The notes: generated by a model not told the origin, from the letters alone. Positions 15,001-30,400 are shown, counted from the stretch's first letter. The stretch is DNA of 64,000 nucleotides from Eledone cirrhosa (GCA_964016885.1 OZ024754.1:20522001-20586000), one strand, 5' to 3'. Program-made: numbers and translations.

Positions 15001-16900
15001 TAGACTCCCCCCATATTAGCCTTTGTATTAACATAGAGACTCCCTCCCATATTACCCTTGGTATTAACATAGACTCCCTCCCATATTACCCTTGGTATTA
15101 ACATAGGGACTCCCTCACATATTACCCTTGGTATTAACATAGACTTCCTCCCATATTAGCCTTATTAACATAGGGACTCCCTCCAATATTACCCTTGGTA
15201 TTAACATAGACACCCTCCCATATTACCCTTGGTATTAACATAGGGACTCCCTCCCATACTACCCTGGGTATTAACATAGACTCCCTCACATATTACCCTT
15301 GGTATTAACATAGACACCCTCCCTTATTAGCCTTGGTATTAACATAGAGACTCCCTGCCATATTAACCTTGGTATTAACATAGAAACCCTCCCATATTAT
15401 CCTTGGTATTAACATAGGGATTCCCTCCCATATTAGCCTTGGTATTAACATAGACTCCCTCCCATATTAAACTAGGTATTAACATAGACTCCCTCCCATA
15501 TTAGACTTGGTATTAACATAGACTCCCTCCCATATTAGACTTGGTATTAACATAGACTCCGTCCCATATTACCGTTGTTATTAACATAGAGACTCCGTCC
15601 CATATTACCCTTGGTATTAATATAGGGACTCCCTCCCATATTACCCTTGGTATTAACATAGGGACTCCCTCCCATATTACCCTTGGTATTAACATAGAGA
15701 CTCCCTCCCATATTACCCTTCGTATTAACATAGACTACCTCCCATATTACCCTTGGTATTAACATAGACTCCCTGCCATATTAACCTTGGTATTAATATA
15801 GAGATTCCCTCCCATATTAACCTTGGTATTAACATACAGACTCCCTCCCATATTAGACTTAGTATTAACATAGACTCCCTCCCATATTACCCTTGGTATT
15901 AACATAGACTCCCTCCCATATTACCCTTGGTATTAACATAGAGACTGCCCGCCCCCCCATATTAGCCTTTGTATTAACATAGAGACTCCCTCCCATATTA
16001 CCCTTTGTATTAACATAGGGAATCCTCACATATTACCCTTGGTATTAACATAGACTCCCTGCATATTACCCTTGGTATTAACATAAGGACTCCCTCCCAT
16101 ATTAGCCTTGGTATTAACATAGACTCCCTCCCATATTAGCCTTGGTATTACCATAGACTCCCTCCCATATTACCCTTGGTATTAACATAGACTCCCTCCC
16201 ATATTAGACTTGGTATTAACATAGGGACTCCCTCCCATATTACCCTGGGTATTAACATAGACTCCCTCCCATATTACCCTGGGTATTAACATAGGGACTC
16301 TCTCCCATATTACCCTGGGTATTAACATAGACTCGCTCCCATATTAGCCTTATTAACATAGGGACTCCCTCCCATAATACCCTTGGTATTAACATAGACA
16401 CCCTCCCATATTACCCTTGGTATTAATATAGACTCCCTCCCATATTAGCCTTGGTATTAACATAGGGACTGCCTCCCATATTACCCTTGGTATTAACATA
16501 GACTCCCTCCCATATTACCCTTGGTATTAACATAGGGACTCCCTCTCATATTACCCTGGGTATTAACATAGACTCCCTCCCATATTACCCTTGCTATTAA
16601 CATAGAGACTCCCTACCATATTACCCTTGGTATTAACATAGGGACTCCCTCCCATATTACCCTTGGTATTAAAATAGGGACTACCTCCCATATTAATCTT
16701 GGTATTAACATAGAGACTCCCTCCCATATTAGCCTTGGTATTAACATAGACTCCCTCCCATATTACCCTTGGAATTAACATCGACTCCCTCCCTTATTAG
16801 CCTTGGTATTAACATAGACTCCCTCCCATATTATCCCATATTACCCTTGGTATTAACATAGACTCCCTCCCATATTATCCTTGGTATTAACATAGGGACT
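1..16900. repeat. Array domain A: patchwork of dispersed block duplications (boundaries approximate)
   Basis: Identical ORF translations at 25/3190 (offset 3165). Near-identical pairs at 1316/5624 (4308) and 8703/15513 (6810). Markers: 3-bp-deleted unit tattagccttattaac, ctcagaatatt (~1278, 5586, 11750), gaccagg (~741, 3906, 8660). Confidence 0.8.
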
Positions 16901-19900
16901 CCCTCCCATATTAACCTTGGTATTAACATAGACTCCCTGCCATATTAACCTTGGATTTAACATAGAATCCCTCCCATATTACCCTTGGTATTAACATAGA
17001 CTCCCTCCTATATTACCCTTGGTATTAACATAGACTCCCTCCCATATTACCCTTGGTATTAACATAGACTCCCTCCCATATTATGCTTGGTATTAACATA
17101 GGGACTCCCTCCCATATTAGCCTTTGTAGTAACATAGGGACTCCCTCCCATATTACCCTTGGTATTAACATAGGGACTCCCTCCCATATTACCCTTGGTA
17201 TTAACATAGACTCGCTCAAATATTAGCCTTGGTATTAACATAGGGACTCCCTCCGATATTACCCTTGGTATCAACATAGGGACTCCCTCCCATATTAGAC
17301 TTGGTATTAACATAGACTCCCTCCCATAATACCCTTGGTATTAACATAGACTCCCTCCCATATTACCCTTGATATTAACATCGACTCCTTCCCATATTAG
17401 CCTTGGTATTAACATAGGGACTCCCTCCCATATTAGACATGGTATTAACATAGACTCCCTCCCATGTTACCCTTGGTATTAACATAGACTCCCTCCCATA
17501 TTAGACTTGGTTTTAACATAGGGACTGCCTCCCATATTAGACTTGGTATTAACATAGGGACACCCTCCCATATTACCCTTGGTATTAACATAGGGACTCC
17601 CTCCCATATTAGACATGGTATTAACAGAGACTCCCTCCCATATTACCCTTGGTATTAACATAGGGAGTCCCTCCCATATTAGACTTGGTATTAACATAGA
17701 CTCCCTCCCATATTAGACTTGGTATTAACATAGACTCCCTCCCATATTACCCTTGGTATTAACATAGACTACCTCCCATATTACCCTTGGTATTAAACAT
17801 AGACTCCCTCCCATATTACCCTTGGTATTAACATAGGGACTCCCTCCCATATTACCCTTGGTATAACATAGAGACTCCCTCCCATATTAACCTTGGTATT
17901 AACATAGAGACACCCTCCCATATTAACCTTGGTATTAACATAGAGACTCCCTCCCATATTACCCTTGGTATTAACATAGACTCCCTCCCATATTACCCTT
18001 GGTATTAACATAGGGACTGCCTCCCATATTACCCTTGGTGTTAACATAGACTCCCTCCCATATTACCCTTGGTATTAACATAGGGACTCCCTCCCATATT
18101 ACCCTTGGTATAACATAGAGACTCCCTCCCATATTACCCTTGGTATTAACATAGAGACTCCCTCCCATATTAATCTTGGTATTAACATAGAGACTCCCTC
18201 CCATATTAGCCTTGGTATTAACATAGACTCCCTACCATATTACCCTTGGTATTAACAAAGCCTCCCTCCCATATTACCCTTGGTATTAACATAGACTCCC
18301 TCCCATATTACCCTTGGTATTAACATAGACTCCCTCCAATATTAGCCTTATTAACGTAGGGACTCCCTCCCATATTAGCCTTGGGATTAACATAGGGACC
18401 GCCCCCCCATATTAGCCTTGATATTAACATAGACTCCCTCCCATATTAAACTTGGTATTAACATAGACACCCTCCCATATTACCCTTGGTACTAACATAG
18501 ACTCCCTCCCATATTGGCCTTAGGTATTAACATAGACTCCCTCCCATATTACTATTGGTATTAACATAGGGACACCCTCCCATATTAGCCTTGGTATTAA
18601 CATAGAGACACCCTGCCATATTACCCTTGTAATTAACATAGACACCCTCCCATATTACCCTTGTTATTAACATAGACTCCCTCCCATATTACCCTGGGTA
18701 TTAACATAGACTCCCTCCCATATTACACTGGGTATTAACATAGGGACTCTCTCCCATATTACCCTGGGTATTAACATAGACTCCCTCCCATATTACCCTT
18801 GTTATTAACATAGAGACTCCCTACCATATTACCCTTGGTATTAACATAGGGACTCCCTCCCATATTAGACTTATTAACATAGGGACTCCCTCCCATATTA
18901 CCCTTGGTATTAACATAGACGCCCTCCCATATTAGCCTTGGTATTAACATAAAGACTGCCTGCCATATTACCCTTGGTGTTAACATAGACTCCCTCCCAT
19001 ATTACCCCTGGTATTAACATAGGGACACCCTCTCATATTACGCTGGGTATTAACATAAACTCCCTCCCATATTACCCTTTGTATTAACATAGGGACTCCC
19101 TCCCATATTAACGTTGGTATTAACATAGACTCCCTCCAATATTAGCCTTGGTATTAACATAGGGACTCCCTCCGATATTACCCTTGGTATCAACATAGGG
19201 ACTCCCTCCCATATTAGACTTGGTATTAACATAGACTCCCTCCCATAATACCCTTGGTATTAACATAGACTCCCTCCCATATTATCCTTGATATTAACAC
19301 CGACTCCCTCCCATATTAGCCTTGGTATTAACATAGGGACTCCCTCCCATATTAGACATGGTATTAACATAGACTCCCTCCCATATTACCCTTGGTATTA
19401 ACATAGACTCCTTCCCGTATTAGACTTGGTTTTAACATAGGAACTGCCTCCCATATTAGACTTGGTATTAACATAGGGACACCCGCCCATATTACCCTTG
19501 GGATTAACATAGGGACTCCCTCCCATATTAGACTTGGTATTAACATAGACTCCCTCCCATATTACCCTTCGTATTAACATAGGGAGTCCCTCCCATATTA
19601 ACCTTGGTATTAACATAGACTCCCTCCCATATTACCCTTGGTATTAACATAGACTCCCTCCCATATTACCCTTGGTATTAACATAGACCCCTCTCAGATT
19701 ACCCTTGGTATTAACATAGACTCCCCCCATATTAGCCTTTGTATTAACATAGAGACTCCCTCCCATATTACCCTTGGTATTAACATAGACTCCCTCCCAT
19801 ATTACCCTTGGTATTAACATAGGGACTGCCTCCCATATTACCCTTGGTGTTAACATAGACTCCCTCCCATATTACCCTTGGTATTAACATAGGGACTCCC

Positions 19901-22900
19901 TCCCATACTACCCTGGGTATTAACATAGAATCCCTCACATATTACCCTTGGTATTAACATAGAGACTCCCTCCCATATTAATCTTGGTATTAGCATAGAG
20001 ACTCCCTCCCATATTAGCCTTGGTATTAACATACACTCCCTGCCATATTACCCTTGGTATTAACAAAGCCTCCCTCATATATTACCCTTGGTATTAACAT
20101 AGACTCCCTCCCATATTACCCTTGGTATTAACATAGACTCCCTCCAATATTAGCCTTATTAACGTAGGGACTCCCTCCCATATTAGCCTTGGTATTAACA
20201 TAGGGACCGCCCCCCATATTAGCCTTGGTATTAACATAGACTCCCTCCCACATTAAACCTGGTATTAACATAGACACTCTCCCATATTACCCTTGGTACT
20301 AACATAGACTCCCTCCCATATTAGCCTTGGTATTAACATAGACTCCCTCCCATATTACTATTGGTATTAACATAGGGACACCCTCCCATATTACTATTGG
20401 TATTAACATAGGGACACCCTCCCATATTAGCCTTGGGATTAACATAGGGACCGCCCCCCCATATTAGCCTTGGTATTAACATAGACTCCCTCCCATATTA
20501 GCCTTGGTATTAACATAGACTCCCTCCCATATTACCATTGGTATTAACATAGGGACTCCCTCCCATATTAGACTAGATAATAACATAGAGACACCCTCCC
20601 ATATTACCCTTGTTATTAACATAGACTCCCTCCCATATTACCCTGGGTATTAACATAGACTCCCTCCCATATTACCCTTGTTATTAACATAGAGACTCCC
20701 TACCATATTACCCTTGGTATTAACATAGGGACTCCCTCCCATATTAGACTTATTAACATAGGGACTCCCTCCCATATTACCCTTGGTATTAACATAGACG
20801 CCCTCCCATATTAGCCTCGGTATTAACATAAAGACTGCCTCCCATATTACCCTTGGTGTTAACATAGACTCCCTCCCATATTACCCCTGGTATTAACATA
20901 GGGACACCCTCTCATATTACGCTGGGTATTAACATAAACTCCCTCCCATATTACCCTTGGTATTAACATAGGGACTCCCTCCGATATTACCCTTGGTATC
21001 AACATAGGGACTCCCTCCCATATTAGACTTGGTATTAACATAGACTCCCTCCCATAATACCCTTGGTATTAACATAGACTCCCTCCCATATTACCCTTGA
21101 TATTAACACCGACTCCCTCCCATATTAGCCTTGGTATTAACATAGGGACTCCCTCCCATATTAGACATGGTATTAACATAGACTCCCTCCCATATTACCC
21201 TTGGTATTAACATAGACTCCTTCCCGTATTAGACTTGGTTTTAACATAGGAACTGCCTCCCATATTAGACTTGGTATTAACATAGGGACACCCGCCCATA
21301 TTACCCTTGGTATTAACATAGGGACTCCCTCCCATATTAGACTTGGTATTAACATAGACTCCCTCCCATATTACCCTTCGTATTAACATAGGGAGTCCCT
21401 CCCATATTAGACTTGGTATTAACATAGACTCCCTCCCATATTAGACTTGGTATTAACATAGACACCCTCCCATATTACCCTTGGTATTAACGTAGACTCC
21501 CTCCCATATTACCCTTGGTATTAACATAGGGATTCCCTCACATATTACCCTTGGCATTAACATAGACTCCCTCCCATCTTACCCTAGGTATTAACATAGG
21601 GACTCCCTCCCATATTACCCTTGGTATTAACATAGACTCCCTCCCATATTACCCTTGGTATTAACATAGACCCCTATCAGATTACCCTTGGTATTAACAT
21701 AGACTCCCCCCATATTAGCCTTTGTATTAACATAGAGACTCCCTCCCATATTACCCTTGGTATTAACATAGACTCCCTCCCATATTACCCTTGCTATTAA
21801 CATAGGGACTGCCTCCCATATTACCCTTGGTGTTAACATAGACTCCCTCCCATATTACCCTTGGTATTAACATAGGGACTCCCTCCCATACTACCCTTGG
21901 TATTAACATAGACTCCCTCACATATTACCCTTGGTATTAACATAGAGACTCCCTACCATATTACCCTTGGTATTAACATAGGTACTCCCTCCCATATTAC
22001 CCTTGGTATTAACATAGACTCCTTCCCATATTACCCTTGGTATTAACATAGAGACTGCCTCCCATATTAATCTTGGTATTAACATAGAGACTCCCTCCCA
22101 TATTAGCATTGGTATTAACATAGACTCCCTGCCATATTACCCATGGTATTAACATAGACTCCTGCCCATATTACCTTGGTATTAACAAAGCCTCCCTCCC
22201 ATATTACCCTTGGTATTAACATAGACTCCCTCCCATATTACCCTTGGTATTAACATAGACACCCTCCAATATTAGCCTTATTAACATAGGGACTCCCTCC
22301 CATATTAGCCTTGGTATTAACATAGGGACCGCCCCCCATATTAGCCTTGGTATTAACATAGACTCCTTCCCATATTAAACTTGGTATTAACATAGATACC
22401 CTCCCATATTACCCTTGGTACTAACATTGACTCCCTCCCATATTAGCCTTGGTATTAACATAGACTCCCTCCCATATTACTATTGGTATTAACATAGGGA
22501 CTCCCTCCCATATTAGACTTGGTAATAACATAGAGACACCCTCCCATATTACCCTTGTTATTAACATAGACTCCCTCCCATATTACCCTTGGTATTAACA
22601 TAGACTCCCTCCCATATTACTCTGGGTATTAACATAGACTCCCTCCCATATTACACTGGGTATTAACATAGGGACTCTCTCCCATATTACCCTGGGTATT
22701 AACATAGACTCCCTCCCATATTACCCTTGCTATTAACATAGAGAATCCCTACCATATTACCCTTGGTATTAACATAGGGACTCCCTCCCATATTAGACTT
22801 ATTAACATAGGGACTCCCTCCCATATTACCCTTGGTATTAACATAGACGCCCTCCCATATTAGCCTTGGTATTAACATAGGGACTGCCTCCCATCTTACC

Positions 22901-24473
22901 CTTGGTGTTAACATAGACTCCCTCCCATATTACCCTTGGTATTAACATAGGGAGTCCCTCTCATATTACCCTTGGTATTAACATAGACGCCCTCCCATAT
23001 TACCCTTGGTATTAACATAGACTCCCTCCCATATTACCCTTGGTATTAACATAGGGACTCCCTCCCATATTTCCCTTGGTATTAACATAGGGACTCCCTC
23101 CCATATTACCCTTGGTATTAACATAGACTCCCTCCCATATTACCCTTGGTATTAACATAGACTCCTTCCCTTATTACCCTTGGTATTAACATAGGGACTC
23201 CCTCTCATATTACCCTGGGTATTAACATAAACTCCCTCCCATATTACCCTTGCTATTAACATAGAGACTCCCTACCATATTACCCTTGGTATATACATAG
23301 AGACTCCCTCCCATATTACTCTTGGTATTAACATAGACTCCCTCCCATATTACCCTTGGTATTAACATAGACTCCCTCCCATATTACCCTTGGTATTAAC
23401 ATAGACTCGCTCCCATATTATCCTTGGTATTAACATAGACTCCCTCCCATATTACCCTTGGTATTAACATAGACTCCCTCCCATATTATCCTTGGTATTA
23501 ACATAGGGACTCCCTCCCATATTAGCCTTGGTATTAACATAGAGACTGCCCCCCCTCCATATTAGCCTTTGTAATAACATAGAGACTCCCTCCCATATTA
23601 CCCTTGGTATTAACATAGACTCCCTCCCATATTACGCTTGATTTTAACATAGGGACTCCCTCCCATATTACCCTTGGTATTAACATAGGGACTCCCTCCC
23701 ATATTAGCCTTGGTATTAACATAGACTCCCTCCCATATTACCCTTGGTATTAACATAGACTCCCTCCCATATTAGCCTTGGTATTAACATAGGGACCGCC
23801 CCCCCCCATATTAGCCTTGGTATTAACATAGACTCCCTCCCATGTTAAACTTGGTATTAACATAGACACTCTCCCATATTACCCTTGGTACTAACATAGA
23901 CTCCCTCCCATATTAGCCTTGGTATTAACATAGACTCCCTCCCATATTACCATTGGTATTAACATAGGGACTCCCTCCCATATTAGCCTTGGTATTAACA
24001 TAGAGACACCCTCCCATATTACCCTTGTTATTAACATAGACACCCTCCCATATTAGCCTTGGTATTAACATAGACTCCCTCCCATATTACCATTGGTATT
24101 AACATAGGGACTCCCTCCAATATTAGACTTGGTATTAACATAGAGACACCCTCCCATATTACCCTTGTTATTAACATAGACTCCCTCCCATATTAGCCTT
24201 GGTATTAACATAGACTCCATCCCATATGGCCCTTGGTATTAACATAGCCTCCCTCCCATATTAGTTTGGTATTAACATAGGGTCCGCCCCCCCATATTAG
24301 CCTTGGTATTAACATAGACTCCCTCCCATATTAGACTTGGTATTGACATAGAGACACCTTCCCATATTACCCTTGTTATTAACATAGATTCCCTCCCATA
24401 TTAGCCTTGGTATTAACATAGACTCCATCCCATATCGCCCTTGACATTAATATAGACTCCCTCCCATATTACC
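16900..24473. repeat. Array domain B: about three diverged copies of a ~1.8-2.1 kb higher-order unit (boundaries approximate)
   Basis: Marker caaagcctccc at 18256, 20064, 22186. ORF pairs 18771/20650/22699, 19364/21173 and 19644/21627. Recurrent gggaccgccccc variant units. Confidence 0.75.
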
Positions 24474-27400
24474 CTTGGTATTAACATAGACTCCCTCCCA
24501 TATTTCCCTTGGTATTAACATAGGGACTCCCTCCCATATTACCCTTGGTATTAACATAGACTTCCTCCCATATTAGACTTGGTATTAACATAGGGACTCC
24601 CTCACATATTACCATTGGTATTAACATAGGGACTCCCTCCCATATTAGACTTGGTATTAACATAGACTCCTTCCCATATTAGACTTGGTATTAACATAGA
24701 CTACCTCCCATATTAGACTTGGTATTAACATAGACTCCCTCCCATATTAGCCTTGGTATTAACATAGACTCCCTCCCATATTACCCTTGGTATTAACATA
24801 GGGACTCCCTCCCATATTACCCTTGGTATTAACATAGGGACTCCCTCCCATATTACTCTTGGTATTAACATAGACTCCCTCCCATATTACCCTTGGTATT
24901 AACATAGAGACTCCCTTCCATATTACCCTTGGTATTAACATAGACTCTCTCCCATATTACCCTTGGTATTAACATAGGGACTCCCTCCCATATTAGCCTG
25001 GGTATTAACATAGACAACCTCCCATATTACCCTTGGTATTAACATAGACTCCCTCCCATATTAGCCTTGGTATTAACATAGACTCCCTCCCATATTACCC
25101 TTGGTATTGACATAGGGTCTCCCTGCCATATTAGCTTTGGTATTAACATAGGGACACCCTCCCAATATTACACTTGTTATTAACATAGACTCCCTCCTAT
25201 ATTACCCTTGGTATTAACATAAGGACTCCCTCCCATATTACCCTGGGTATTAACATAGACTCCCTCCCATATTACCCTTGGTATTAACATCGGGACTCCC
25301 TCCCATATTACCCTTGGTATTAACATAGACTCCCTCCCATTTTAGCATTGGTATTAACATAGGGACTCCCTCCCATATTACCCTTGGTATTAACATAGAC
25401 TCCCTCCCATATTAGCCTTGGTATTAACATAGACTTCCTCCCATATTGCCCTTGGTATTAACATAGACTCCCTCCCATATTTCCCTTGGTATTAACATAG
25501 GGACTCCCTCCCATATTAGACATGGTATTAACATAGACTCCCTCCCATATTACCCTTGGTATTAACATAGACTCCCTCCCATATTACCCTTGGTATTAAC
25601 ATAGACACCCTCCCATATTTCACTTGGTATTAACATAGGGACTCCCTCCCATATTAGACATGGTATTAACATAGACTCCCTCCCATATTACCCTTGGTAT
25701 TAACATAGACTCCCTCCCATATTACCCTTGGTATTAACATAGACTCCCTCCCATATTACCCTTTGTATTAACATAGAGACACCCTCCAATTATTATACTT
25801 GTTATTAACATAGACTCCCTCCCATATTACCCTTGGTATTAACATAGACTCCCTCCAATGTTAGCCTTGGTATTAACATAGGGACTCTCTCCCATATAAG
25901 AAATGCTATTAACATAGACTCCCTCCCATATTACCCTTGGTATTAACATAGACTCCCTCCAATGTTAGCCTTGGTATTAACATAGGGACTCTCTCTCATA
26001 TAAGAAATGCTATTAACATAGACTCCCTCCCATATTACCCTTGGTATTAACATAGACTCCCTCCCATATTAGACTTGGTATTAACATAGGGACTGCCTCC
26101 CATATTAGACTTGGTATTAACATAGGGAACCCTCCCATATTACCCTTGGTATTAACATAGGGACTCCCTCCCATATTAGACTTGGTATTAACATAGACTC
26201 CCTCCCATATTAGCCTTGGTATTAACATAGGGAATCCCTCCCATATTACCCTTGGTATTAACATAGACTCCCTCCCATATTACCCTTGGTATTAACATAG
26301 ACTCCCTCATATATTACCCTTGGTATTAACATAGACTCCCTCCCATATTACCCTTGGTATTAACATAGGGACTCTCTTACATATTACCCTTGGTATTAAC
26401 CTAGGGACTCCCTCCCATATTAGCCTTGGTATTAACATAGATTCCCTCCCATATAACCTTTGGTATTAACATAGACTCCCTCCCATATTACCCTTGGTAT
26501 TAACATAGACTCCCTCCCATATTAGCCTTGGTATTAACATAGACTCCCTCCCATATTACCCTTGGTATTGACATAGGGACTCCCTGCCATATTAGCTTTG
26601 GTATTAACATAGGGACACCCTCCCAATATTACACTTGTTATTAACATAGACTCCCTCCTATATTACCCTTGGTATTAACATAAGGACTCCCTCCCATATT
26701 ACCCTGGGTATTAACATAGACTCCCTCCCATATTACCCTTGGTATTAACATCGGGACTCCCTCCCATATTACCCTTGGTATTAACATAGACTCCCTCCCA
26801 TTTTAGCATTGGTATTAACATAGGGACTCCCTCCCATATTACCCTTGGTATTAACATAGACTCCCTCCCATATTAGCCTTGGTATTAACATAGACTTCCT
26901 CCCATATTGGCCTTGGTATTAACATAGACTCCCTCCCATATTTCCCTTGGTATTAACATAGGGACTCCCTCCCATATTAGACATGGTATTAACATAGACT
27001 CCCTCCCATATTACCCTTGGTATTAACATAGACTCCCTCCCATATTACCCTTGGTATTAACATAGACACCCTCCCATATTTCACTTGGTATTAACATAGG
27101 GACTCCCTCCCATATTAGACATGGTATTAACATAGACTCCCTCCCATATTACCCTTGGTATTAACATAGACTCCCTCCCATATTACCCTTGGTATTAACA
27201 TAGACTCCCTCCCATATTACCCTTTGTATTAACATAGAGACACCCTCCAATTATTATACTTGTTATTAACATAGACTCCCTCCCATATTACCCTTGGTAT
27301 TAACATAGACTCCCTCCAATGTTAGCCTTGGTATTAACATAGGGACTCTCTCCCATATAAGAAATGCTATTAACATAGACTCCCTCCCATATTACCCTTG

Positions 27401-30400
27401 GTATTAACATAGACTCCCTCCAATGTTAGCCTTGGTATTAACATAGGGACTCTCTCCCATATAACAAATGCTATTAACATAGACTCCCTCCCATATTACC
27501 CTTGGTATTAACATAGACTCCCTCCCATATTAGACTTGGTATTAACATAGGGACTGCCTCCCATATTAGACTTGGTATTAACATAGGGAACCCTCCCATA
27601 TTACCCTTGGTATTAACATAGGGACTCCCTCCCATATTAGACATGGTATTACCATAGACTCCCTCCCATATTACCCTTGGTATTAACATAGGGACTCCCT
27701 CCCATATTAGCCTTGGTATTAACATAGACTCCCTCCCATATTACCCTTGGTATTAACATAGGGACTCCCTCCCATATTAGCCTTGGTATTAACATAGAGA
27801 CACCCTGCCAATATTACCCTTGTTATTAACATAGGGACTCCCTCCCATATTACCCTGGGTATTAACATAGACTCCCTCCCATATTACCCTTGGTATTAAC
27901 ATAGAGACTCCCTACCATATTGCCCTTGATATTAACATCGGGACTCCCTCCCATATTACCCTTGGTATTAACATAGACTCCCTCCCATATTAGCATTGGT
28001 ATTAACATAGGGATTCCCTCCCATATAACCCTTGGTATTAACATAGACTCCCTCCCATATTACCCTTGGTATTAACATAGGGTCTCCCTCCCATGTTACC
28101 CTTGGAATTAACATAGGGACTCTCTCCCATATAAGAAATGGTATTAACATAGACTCCCTCCCATATTACCCTTGGTATTAACATAGACTCCCTCCCATAT
28201 TAGCCTTGGTATTAACATAGACTCCCTCCCATATTACCCTTGGTATTGACATAGGGACTCCCTGCCATATTAGCTTTGGTATTAACATAGAGACACCCTC
28301 CCAATATTACCCTTGTTATTAACATAGACTCCCTCCTGTATTAACATAAGGACTCCCTCCCATATTACCCTGGGTATTAACATAGACTCCCTCCCATATT
28401 AGACTTGGTATTAACATAGGGACTGCCTCCCATATTAGACTTGGTATTAACATAGGGAACCCTCCCATATTACCCTTGGTATTAACATAGGGACTCCCTC
28501 CCATATTAGACTTGGTATTAACATAGACTCCCTCCCATATTAGCCTTGGTATTAACATAGGGAATCCCTCCCATATTACCCTTGGTATTAACATAGACTC
28601 CCTCCCATATTACCCTTGGTATTAACATAGACTCCCTCATATATTACCCTTGGTATTAACATAGACTCCCTCCCATATTACCCTTGGTATTAACATAGGG
28701 ACTCTCTCCCATATTACCCTTGGTATTAACCTAGGGACTCCCTCCCATATTAGACTTGGTATTAACATAGACTCCCTCCCATATTTCCCTTGGTATTAAC
28801 ATAGGGACTCCCTCCCATATTACCCTTGGTATTAACATAGACTTCCTCCCATATTAGACTTGGTATTAACATAGGGACTCCCTCACATATTACCATTGGT
28901 ATTAACATAGGGACTCCCTCCCATATTAGACTTGGTATTAACATAGACTCCTTCCCATATTAGACTTGGTATTAACATAGACTACCTCCCATATTAGACT
29001 TGGTATTAACATAGACTCCCTCCCATATTAGCCTTGGTATTAACATAGACTCCCTCCCATATTACCCTTGGTATTAACATAGGGACTCCCTCCCATATTA
29101 CCCTTGGTATTAACATAGGGACTCCCTCCCATATTACTCTTGGTATTAACATAGACTCCCTCCCATATTACCCTTGGTATTAACATAGAGACTCCCTTCC
29201 ATATTACCCTTGGTATTAACATAGACTCTCTCCCATATTACCCTTGGTATTAACATAGGGACTCCCTCCCATATTAGCCTGGGTATTAACATAGACAACC
29301 TCCCATATTACCCTTGGTATTAACATAGACTCCCTCCCATATTAGCCTTGGTATTAACATAGACTCCCTCCCATATTACCCTTGGTATTGACATAGGGTC
29401 TCCCTGCCATATTAGCTTTGGTATTAACATAGGGACACCCTCCCAATATTACACTTGTTATTAACATAGACTCCCTCCTATATTACCCTTGGTATTAACA
29501 TAAGGACTCCCTCCCATATTACCCTGGGTATTAACATAGACTCCCTCCCATATTACCCTTGGTATTAACATCGGGACTCCCTCCCATATTACCCTTGGTA
29601 TTAACATAGACTCCCTCCCATTTTAGCATTGGTATTAACATAGGGACTCCCTCCCATATTACCCTTGGTATTAACATAGACTCCCTCCCATATTAGCCTT
29701 GGTATTAACATAGACTTCCTCCCATATTGCCCTTGGTATTAACATAGACTCCCTCCCATATTTCCCTTGGTATTAACATAGGGACTCCCTCCCATATTAG
29801 ACATGGTATTAACATAGACTCCCTCCCATATTACCCTTGGTATTAACATAGACTCCCTCCCATATTACCCTTGGTATTAACATAGACACCCTCCCATATT
29901 TCACTTGGTATTAACATAGGGACTCCCTCCCATATTAGACATGGTATTAACATAGACTCCCTCCCATATTACCCTTGGTATTAACATAGACTCCCTCCCA
30001 TATTACCCTTGGTATTAACATAGACTCCCTCCCATATTACCCTTTGTATTAACATAGAGACACCCTCCAATTATTATACTTGTTATTAACATAGACTCCC
30101 TCCCATATTACCCTTGGTATTAACATAGACTCCCTCCAATGTTAGCCTTGGTATTAACATAGGGACTCTCTCCCATATAAGAAATGCTATTAACATAGAC
30201 TCCCTCCCATATTACCCTTGGTATTAACATAGACTCCCTCCAATGTTAGCCTTGGTATTAACATAGGGACTCTCTCTCATATAAGAAATGCTATTAACAT
30301 AGACTCCCTCCCATATTACCCTTGGTATTAACATAGACTCCCTCCCATATTAGACTTGGTATTAACATAGGGACTGCCTCCCATATTAGACTTGGTATTA

